Shown: piece by piece, positions 57,689 to 64,000 of the stretch | Position numbering within the stretch: position 1 is the first letter of the stretch | How the letters are laid out: the number at the start of each line of letters is the position of its first letter | NCBI GenBank assembly: GCA_037132135.1 | Contig: JBAXPR010000003.1 | Coordinates: forward strand, 16,943 to 80,942 | Length of the DNA: 64,000 nt | DNA from: Rhodospirillaceae bacterium | GTDB lineage: Bacteria; Pseudomonadota; Alphaproteobacteria; Azospirillales; Azospirillaceae | Direction: 5' to 3' | Notes under the pieces: model-generated | Seen by the model: the letters and a program-made list of their open reading frames with translations, nothing else | Databases searched by the model: none | What the model was told of the DNA's origin: nothing | Made by a program: the position numbers and the translations under genes

Positions 57689-58318
57689 GTGTTGCCGGAG
57701 GAGGGCCGGTTCCGCCGGATCCTCCTGGTGTCTGATGTCGACCGCGACGAGCTGGCGGCAAGTCTCGGCAGCCCGGGCGCGGTGGTGGTTGAAGCCGAGG
57801 ACGGCGAACCGCCCGCCGGCGATTGGGCGGCGGTCGTCGTTCCGGCCGACGGTTTCTATCTCTCTCTCAGCACCGCGACGGCCTTTTCGCTGCAGGTTGC
57901 GCTGCTGGTCGGGGCGGTGCTGGCCGCCCGCACCGCGCTGACCGCCGAAAAGCGCTCCGTGGTCGAGCTTTGCCTCCAGGAGGCGATGGCGAACGCCGTG
58001 ATTCATGGCAACCTTGGCATCTCAAGCACGGCCAAAGACCACCCGGAAGGCTACCGGGTGTTCAGCCAACTGGTCAACGGCCGGCTCAGCGACCCGGCGC
58101 GGCGCGGCCGGCGCATCGAGGTTTTCGTGCGCTGGAGCAGTCTCGCTCTCGACATCAGCGTCGTTGATCAGGGCTCCGGGTTTGATGTCGCGAGACTGCC
58201 CCCGGAAACCGTCAGCGCCAGCCGTTCGGGCCGGGGCTTCGTGTTCATGCGGGCGCTGGCCAACCGGGTCGCGGTTACCGATGGCGGGCGTTGCACCTCC
58301 TTGCGCTTTGAACTCTGA
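57689..58318 (+). CDS. RsbW/SpoIIAB-like HATPase serine kinase with ~95-aa N-terminal extension
   Basis: N-box EAMANAVIHGN, G1 VDQGSGFD, G2 GRGFVFMRAL. GTG start; the N-terminal part is not recognisable. Confidence 0.7.
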   Translation: MLPEEGRFRRILLVSDVDRDELAASLGSPGAVVVEAEDGEPPAGDWAAVVVPADGFYLSLSTATAFSLQVALLVGAVLAARTALTAEKRSVVELCLQEAMANAVIHGNLGISSTAKDHPEGYRVFSQLVNGRLSDPARRGRRIEVFVRWSSLALDISVVDQGSGFDVARLPPETVSASRSGRGFVFMRALANRVAVTDGGRCTSLRFEL

Positions 58319-58331
58319 CCGGAGGTGCGGC

Positions 58332-59486
58332 ATGACCATTTCCCTCGACAACAGCCGCGTATTGATTGTTGACGATAATGAGTTCAACCGGAAGTCGCTT
58401 TCGCTGCTGCTGTTACGCAGTGGCATCCGCAATCTTGAGTTTGCGGTTGACGGCGTCGACGGCCTCGCCAAGACCGACAGCTTCCGGCCCGACCTGATCC
58501 TGCTCGACGTGGCCATGCCCCGGATGGATGGGCTGGAGATGTGCCGGCAGCTGCGCGCCAGCGCCCGCCATTCCGACCTGCCGATCCTGTTTCAGACCGC
58601 GCTCGACAGCGACGAGGAGCAGGTGGCCTGCTTCAAGGCCGGGGGCAACGATTTCATCAGCAAGCCGATCAAACCGGGCGAATGCGTCGCCCGGGTCCGC
58701 CATCAGCTGGAGCGGCGCAAGCTCTTCAACGACCTCACCGCCTTTCGCGAGCGGGTGCAAAAGGAGTTGCAGCACGCACACGCCATGCAGATGTCGCTGC
58801 TGCCCGAGCCGCGCCGGGTCGCCTCGATCGGTGCCGGCTATGGCCTGGGCATTTCCAGCCATTTCGAAACCTCGTCGGAGCTGGGGGGCGATCTTTGGAG
58901 CGTCTTTGAGCTTGATCAGCACCGGGTCGGCTTCATGATCGTCGACTTCGCCGGCCATGGCATCACCGCCGCCATCAACACCTTCCGTCTTCACACCCTC
59001 TTTGAGCGGATTCCCGCCCGCGATCTCGAACCGGCCGAGTGGCTGACCGAACTCAACGCCTCGCTCAAGGACGTGTTGCCGACCGGCCAGTTCGCCACCG
59101 CTTTCTATTGCATCCTCGACAAGCGCAGCAACGTGCTGACCTTCGCCGGCGCCGGCGCGCCCAACCCGATCCTCTGCGTTGATGGCGAGTTGACCCTGCT
59201 CGATTCGGCGGGGATGCTGCTCGGCATCTCCCGGCGCGCCAAGTACCGCAATCAGGAGGCGATCCTGCCTCCGGGCGGCGCGCTGCTGCTCTATAGCGAT
59301 GCTCTGATCGAATGCCGGGATGCCGATGGCATTCCCTTCGGCCAGGACGCGGTGCTGGAGGTGGTCGGCGCCATCGCCGCGCGCCGGCCCGCCGATCCGG
59401 TGGAGGCGCTGCTCCAGCCCTTCCTCGCCCGCATCTCCCGGCCGCTCCGCGACGATCTGACCCTGATCTGGATCAACCGGCGATAG
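58332..59486 (+). CDS. REC-PP2C (SpoIIE/RsbU-type) phosphatase response regulator
   Basis: VLIVDDNEFNR..ILLDVAMPRMDG..DFISKP (REC), then GGDLWSVF..MIVDFAGHGITAA..LLLYSDALIE (PP2C). Start placed at ATG 58332 behind GGAGG, within track ORF 58005..59486. Confidence 0.85.
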   Translation: MTISLDNSRVLIVDDNEFNRKSLSLLLLRSGIRNLEFAVDGVDGLAKTDSFRPDLILLDVAMPRMDGLEMCRQLRASARHSDLPILFQTALDSDEEQVACFKAGGNDFISKPIKPGECVARVRHQLERRKLFNDLTAFRERVQKELQHAHAMQMSLLPEPRRVASIGAGYGLGISSHFETSSELGGDLWSVFELDQHRVGFMIVDFAGHGITAAINTFRLHTLFERIPARDLEPAEWLTELNASLKDVLPTGQFATAFYCILDKRSNVLTFAGAGAPNPILCVDGELTLLDSAGMLLGISRRAKYRNQEAILPPGGALLLYSDALIECRDADGIPFGQDAVLEVVGAIAARRPADPVEALLQPFLARISRPLRDDLTLIWINRR

Positions 59487-59556
59487 GGACGGTTTTGCCC
59501 CGGTATTGGGATCGCCGCTGAGGTCGCGGTACCGGTGTCCCACGGTCTCCGCGAGC

Positions 59557-59976
59557 CTACTCGCTTTCGGCCAGTTCCTCGACGGCGGCGCGAATCGCGC
59601 GCAGCAGATGCGGGTTGGGTTCGGCCGGTTCATCGAACTCCGGGTCGTCGGGGACAAGGCGGCGCTTGGCTTCGCGGGCGGCTTCGATCAGCAGGAAGCC
59701 AAGGCTGGGTTCGCCGAGGTCGCGCACGAGATCGCAGAGATCGGGGCGGCTGAGCGCGGCGGCATCGATCCGCACCATGATCGGCATCGCCGGTCTCGCC
59801 GGTATTGCCGGCGGTGGTGGGAGAGGCGTTGGCGCCGACTCGGGACTTCCCGCCGTCGCGGCCTCCGGTTCCGGCGGCGGCTGTGCCCGGCCGCGGCGGC
59901 GGCGGCGGGGTTCGGTGGCCGGCAGGGCATCGAACAGGCAGGCCTGACGGTCGGGGGGCGCGGCAGCGGCCATCAT
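59557..59976 (-). CDS. hypothetical protein (139 aa; Pro-rich N-terminus, acidic C-terminal domain)
   Basis: G/C-biased third positions in this frame. The overlapping plus-strand ORF 59506..60042 is Arg-rich junk. No recognisable motif. Confidence 0.45.
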   Translation of the reverse strand: MMAAAAPPDRQACLFDALPATEPRRRRRGRAQPPPEPEAATAGSPESAPTPLPPPPAIPARPAMPIMVRIDAAALSRPDLCDLVRDLGEPSLGFLLIEAAREAKRRLVPDDPEFDEPAEPNPHLLRAIRAAVEELAESE

Positions 59977-60096
59977 CTCGGGACTCCTTCTCTGTTCATG
60001 TTTTATTCTAAACGGCGCGCCGGATTTGTCGAGTCCGATTGACAGCGGCCGTTGCCGGCAGTCAGGCTCGGGTCGGGCTCGAAGGGGGAAAGCGGC

Positions 60097-60801
60097 ATGG
60101 CGGTGACCGGCGTTGTGGTCGGCATGAAGACCGAGGCGGCCTGTCTCGCGCCGCTGGGCGCGGCCGTCAGCGTCGTTTGCTCCGGTGCGCGCTCGGAGTT
60201 CGCACGGGCGCGGGCCGAGGCGCTGGTGGCGGCCGGGGTGACCGGACTGCTCAGCTTCGGCATTGCCGGGGCGCTGGTGGCGGGACTAGCCCCGGGGACG
60301 CTGCTGCTGCCGCGGGCGGTGGTGGTGCCGGGGCAGGGCGGCGGTGAAGGTGCCGGGCGTGCGGTGTCCGCCTCCTGGCACCGGCGGGTCGCGGGCCTCG
60401 CAGCGGCGGCCGGCCTGCCGCTGCTGACCGATGTCACCCTTGCCGGCAGCGACGGTGCGGTCACCGGGGCCGGCGCCAAGGCGACGCTGGCCCGGACCAG
60501 CGGCGCCGCGGCGGTGGACATGGAAAGCCACAGTGCCGCCGAGGTCGCGGCCCGGCATGGTTTGCCGTTTCTGATCCTGCGGGCGATTGCCGATCCCGCC
60601 GACCGTGGGATTCCCGCCCCGGCGCTGGCTGGCCTCGGACCCGACGGCGAGACCCGGCCGGGTGCGGTGGCGCTCAGGCTGCTGGCGGCGCCGTGGACGC
60701 TGCCGGCGCTGCTTCGGCTCGCTGCCGACAGCCGGTCCGGCCTCGCCGCCCTCAGCGCCGCGGTATCAGCCCTTGGCCCGGCGGGCTTCCGGGCCCTTTG
60801 A
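60097..60801 (+). CDS. hpnG: hopanoid-associated phosphorylase HpnG (nucleoside phosphorylase fold)
   Basis: GVVVGMKTEA.., LLSFGIAGAL.., AAAVDMESHSAAEVA.., ILRAIADPADR. Lies next to hpnH. Start placed at ATG 60097 behind AGGGGGA. Confidence 0.8.
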   Translation: MAVTGVVVGMKTEAACLAPLGAAVSVVCSGARSEFARARAEALVAAGVTGLLSFGIAGALVAGLAPGTLLLPRAVVVPGQGGGEGAGRAVSASWHRRVAGLAAAAGLPLLTDVTLAGSDGAVTGAGAKATLARTSGAAAVDMESHSAAEVAARHGLPFLILRAIADPADRGIPAPALAGLGPDGETRPGAVALRLLAAPWTLPALLRLAADSRSGLAALSAAVSALGPAGFRAL

Positions 60802-61899
60802 GTCGGCAATCGCCTCGGAGACCACCTTGTCAAAGAGGTATTCGGCCGGGCGCTGGTTTTCGAGCGGGATTTCCGGCGCCATCTCGCCCGCGGTGCGCAC
60901 GCCGCGCAGCGCGACCAGCGCCGCTTTCAGAGGATGGGCGGCGGCATCGGCGGCGGCGGTGGGCTCGTAGCCGCAGTGGGCCATGCAGTCGGCGCATTTT
61001 TCGTAACGGCCGGTGCCGAAGCTGTCCCAGTCGGTGGTTGCCATCAGCTCGGCGAAGCTCCTGGTCGTGCCCTCGTTGATCAGATAGCAGGGGCGCTGCC
61101 AGCCGAAGACGTTGCGGGTCGGATTGCCCCAGGGGGTGCAGAGATAGTCCTGGTTGCCGGCCAGAAAGTCGAGATAGAGGCTGGAATGGGTGATGTTCCA
61201 GCGGCGGTCCCTGCCGATGCGGAAGACTTCGCGGAACAGCTCCTTGGTCTTGCGCCGGTTGAGGAAATGCTGCTGGTTGGGCGCGCGCTCATAGGCATAG
61301 CCGGGCGCGATCGTCGTGCCCTCGACCCCGAGGTCGCGCACGAAATCGAGGAAGGCCGCAATGTCGGCGGCGGGCACGCCATCGTAGAAGGTGGCGGCGC
61401 AGTTGACCCGAAAGCCCCGGGCCAGCGCCGCCTTGATGCCGCTGACCGCGCGCTCGAAGGTGCCGGGCTGGCAGACCGAGCGGTCGTGATGCTCTTCGAG
61501 GCCGTCGAGATGGACCGAGAACGAGAGGTAGGGGCTGGGGGTGAAGAGGTCGAGCCGCTTTTCCAGCAGGAGCGCGTTGGTGCAGAGATAGACGTATTTG
61601 CGCTTGGCCACGATTCCGGCGACGATCTCACCGATCTCCTTGTGCAGCAGCGGCTCGCCGCCGGGGATCGAGACCACCGGGGCGCCGCATTCGTCCACCG
61701 CCGCCAGGCACTCGGCGACGCTGAGCCGCTTGTTGAGCACGCTGTCGGGATAATCGATCTTGCCGCAGCCGGCGCAGGCGAGGTTGCAGCGAAAGAGCGG
61801 CTCCAGCATCAGCACGAGCGGGTAGCGCTTGCGGCCCATCAGGCGCTGCTTGACGATATAGGCGCCGATAGCGGCCTGTTGCCTGAATGGAACGCCCAT
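60766..61899 (-). CDS. hpnH: adenosyl-hopene transferase HpnH (radical SAM)
   Basis: KRYPLVLMLEPLFRCNLACAGCGKI (CxxxCxxC) and overall HpnH-like sequence. The 3' end overlaps the hpnG 3' end by 36 nt. Confidence 0.9.
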   Translation of the reverse strand: MGVPFRQQAAIGAYIVKQRLMGRKRYPLVLMLEPLFRCNLACAGCGKIDYPDSVLNKRLSVAECLAAVDECGAPVVSIPGGEPLLHKEIGEIVAGIVAKRKYVYLCTNALLLEKRLDLFTPSPYLSFSVHLDGLEEHHDRSVCQPGTFERAVSGIKAALARGFRVNCAATFYDGVPAADIAAFLDFVRDLGVEGTTIAPGYAYERAPNQQHFLNRRKTKELFREVFRIGRDRRWNITHSSLYLDFLAGNQDYLCTPWGNPTRNVFGWQRPCYLINEGTTRSFAELMATTDWDSFGTGRYEKCADCMAHCGYEPTAAADAAAHPLKAALVALRGVRTAGEMAPEIPLENQRPAEYLFDKVVSEAIADSKGPEARRAKG

Positions 61900-61960
61900 C
61901 GGAGCCTCCTTGCCTTGCGGTATGTGCCGTGATGGCGGTGATGTTGGGCCGGTCCCGGAG

Positions 61961-62926
61961 TTACCGGTCGGCCGCGGTGACCAGTTCGTCGGGCAGCTTG
62001 AAGTGGATGTTTTCCTCGATGCCCGAGAGGAATTCGACGGTGATCGGGCGCAACTCGGCCAAGCGGCTGACCAGTTCCTGGACCAGATCCTCGGGCGCCG
62101 AGGCCCCGGCGGAAATGCCGACGGTCTTGACGCCGTCCAGCCACTCGGGCTTCAGCGCCGTGGCGTCCTCGACGAGATAGCTCGGCTTGGCCATATCCGC
62201 GCCGATTTCGCGCAGCCGGTTGGAATTGGAGCTGTTGTGGGCGCCGACGACCAGGATCAGATCGACCAGCCCGACCAGATCGCGCACCGCGCTCTGACGG
62301 TTCTGGGTCGCGTAGCAGATGTCCTTGACGTCCGGGCCGACGATGTGGGGAAAACGCTGCTTGAGCGCCGCGATGATGTCGCGGGTGTCGTCAACGCTGA
62401 GGGTGGTCTGGGTGACGTAGGCGATGCGCTCGGGGTGGGCGGGCTGGATGCGGTCGACATCCTTGACCCCCGAGACCAGATGCACGGTGCCGTCGATCTG
62501 GCCCATCGTGCCCTCGACCTCGGGATGGCCGGGATGGCCGATCAGCACGATGTCGTAGCCGCGGCCGGCGTAACGCTGGCCTTCCTTGTGGACCTTGGTC
62601 ACCAGCGGACAGGTGGCGTCGATGACGTGGAGCAGCCGCCCCGCGGCATCGGTCTCGACGGTACGGGCGACTCCGTGGGCGGAAAAGATGGTGACCGCAC
62701 CCTCGGGGATATCGTCGACATCCTCGACAAAGAGTGCGCCGCGCCCCTTGAGACTTTCGACCACCCGCTTGTTGTGAACGATCTCGTGACGGACATAGAC
62801 CGGCTTGCCGTACTTTTTGAGCGCCCGCTCGACGATCTCGATCGCCCGCTCGACTCCGGCGCAAAAGCCGCGCGGCTGGGCCAGGATGACGTGCAGCGGC
62901 TCGGCGCCGTTGGGGTGGGTGGCCAT
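61961..62926 (-). CDS. ispH: 4-hydroxy-3-methylbut-2-enyl diphosphate reductase
   Basis: [39 protein letters not shown] motifs. Start placed at ATG 62926 behind AGGAGA. Confidence 0.9.
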   Translation of the reverse strand: MATHPNGAEPLHVILAQPRGFCAGVERAIEIVERALKKYGKPVYVRHEIVHNKRVVESLKGRGALFVEDVDDIPEGAVTIFSAHGVARTVETDAAGRLLHVIDATCPLVTKVHKEGQRYAGRGYDIVLIGHPGHPEVEGTMGQIDGTVHLVSGVKDVDRIQPAHPERIAYVTQTTLSVDDTRDIIAALKQRFPHIVGPDVKDICYATQNRQSAVRDLVGLVDLILVVGAHNSSNSNRLREIGADMAKPSYLVEDATALKPEWLDGVKTVGISAGASAPEDLVQELVSRLAELRPITVEFLSGIEENIHFKLPDELVTAADR

Positions 62927-63333
62927 GGTGCGTAGGTCTCCTGTCCGCGACTCCCGGTGCCGGCTGGTGCGGCGGAAAGGTAGGTAGCATAGCCATTGGG
63001 CCAACGCCAGCCGGGGTGTCGCGATGGCTGGCCTGTTTCACGGCCGGGGGTCACCTTGGTGACGGCGGCGTTTTCGTGACCGAAACGTCACGGCGGGCGG
63101 CAGAGGTGCCGCCGGGCGCGACATGCCTTGACGCCACCGGTCCCAGCGTGATTTTTTGCTTCCCCACCGCGCCGGAGTGCCGGCCCCGCCCGGTTCTGCC
63201 GGGTCCGGCCGGGTCCGCAGCATCGGGATTGCGCGATCCGGTCGGCCGCGGAAATGGCGGGGTCGGAGGACTCTTCGTAACAGAAACCTCAACCGTATCG
63301 AGGCATAGGGTGGCTTCAGCGTTGGAACAGGCG

Positions 63334-64000
63334 ATGGCGCGGGCGGCGTCACTGGTCGAGTCGGCGATCGACCGGCTGCTGGTGCCGACCGTGCGCTCCG
63401 AGGCGCCGTTATGGGATGCCATGCGCTACGGCTCTCTGGCCGGCGGCAAGCGGCTGCGGCCGTTTCTGGTGCTGGAGAGCGCGCGGCTGTTCGCGGTCGC
63501 TGAGGAGCACGCGCTGCGCACCGGCCTCGCGGTCGAGTTGATCCATTGCTACTCGCTGATCCACGATGATCTGCCGGCGATGGACAACAGCGATCTGCGC
63601 CGCGGCCGCCCGACCGTGCACAAAAAATTCAACGAGGCCGTGGCGGTGCTGGCCGGCGACGGCCTGCTCACGCTGGCTTTCGAGGTGCTGGCTCATCCGG
63701 CGACCCATCCCGACCCCGCGGTGCGGGTGGCGCTGGTGGCGGCGCTGGCGGCCGCGGCCGGGCCGGCGGGCACCGGCATGGTCGGCGGCCAGATGATCGA
63801 TCTCGTGGCCGAGACCACCCGCTTCGATCTGGCCGAGACCACGCGCCTGCAGGAAGGCAAGACCGGGGCGCTGATCAGCTTCTCGTCGGAAGCCGGGGCG
63901 ATTCTCGCCGGCGCCGGGGCGTCCGAGCGCGGGGCTCTGCGTGCTTATGCCCGCGACATCGGGCTCGCCTTCCAGATCGCCGACGACCTGCTCGACGTCG
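63334..64000 (+). CDS. polyprenyl (farnesyl/geranylgeranyl) diphosphate synthase, partial (runs off the window end)
   Basis: Absent from the track (no stop). GGKRLRPFLV, first Asp-rich motif LIHDDLPAMDNSDLRRG, KTGALI, second motif FQIADDLLDV. In-frame TTG 63322 and GTG 63310 are alternative starts. Confidence 0.85.
   Translation, partial: MARAASLVESAIDRLLVPTVRSEAPLWDAMRYGSLAGGKRLRPFLVLESARLFAVAEEHALRTGLAVELIHCYSLIHDDLPAMDNSDLRRGRPTVHKKFNEAVAVLAGDGLLTLAFEVLAHPATHPDPAVRVALVAALAAAAGPAGTGMVGGQMIDLVAETTRFDLAETTRLQEGKTGALISFSSEAGAILAGAGASERGALRAYARDIGLAFQIADDLLDV

Noticed and set aside
63038-63422. Minus-strand ORFs 63038..63352 and 63051..63422
   Set aside because: Their products are Pro/Arg/Ser-rich, and they lie in the divergent ispH / polyprenyl synthase promoter region or antisense to the synthase 5' end.

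Overview
High-GC chromosomal segment with alphaproteobacterial (Rhodospirillales-like) gene content; I cannot assign a genus from sequence alone. About 50 protein genes are supported. Many long ORFs in the track are antisense shadows of real genes, with Arg/Gly/Ala/Pro-rich translations. Positions 1-18.8 kb are mostly housekeeping: a partial PAS histidine kinase, GNAT, quinone oxidoreductase, SpoU methyltransferase, ygfZ, two glycosyltransferases, pyrF, a TPP-riboswitch-led thiO-thiS-thiG-thiC operon, fabD-fabG-acpP-fabF and mltG. Positions 18.8-59.5 kb are unusually dense in sensory genes. They hold 7 further histidine kinases (4 hybrid), 3 MCPs (two with a C-terminal PilZ domain) and an MHYT-PAS-GGDEF-EAL protein. 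They also hold an output-less bacteriophytochrome followed by a pentapeptide-repeat protein, a CarH/LitR-type B12 photoreceptor regulator, a STAS/RsbW-like/REC-PP2C partner-switching module, and an orphan double ABC ATPase behind two kinases. Positions 59.5-64 kb carry hopanoid/isoprenoid genes (hpnG, hpnH, ispH, and a polyprenyl synthase that runs off the window end). No rRNA, tRNA, CRISPR array, transposase or integrase was recognised. The most interesting locus is 35.2-45.5 kb. There a translationally coupled operon reads REC+KaiA-like helical domain, then kaiB, kaiC and a REC-PAS-histidine kinase. Its first gene has a split receiver domain. The operon converges on the phytochrome/pentapeptide pair, lies about 2.3 kb from the CarH-like gene, and shares an exact 11-nt motif with that gene's upstream region. 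All function calls rest on motif recognition by eye; no searches were run.
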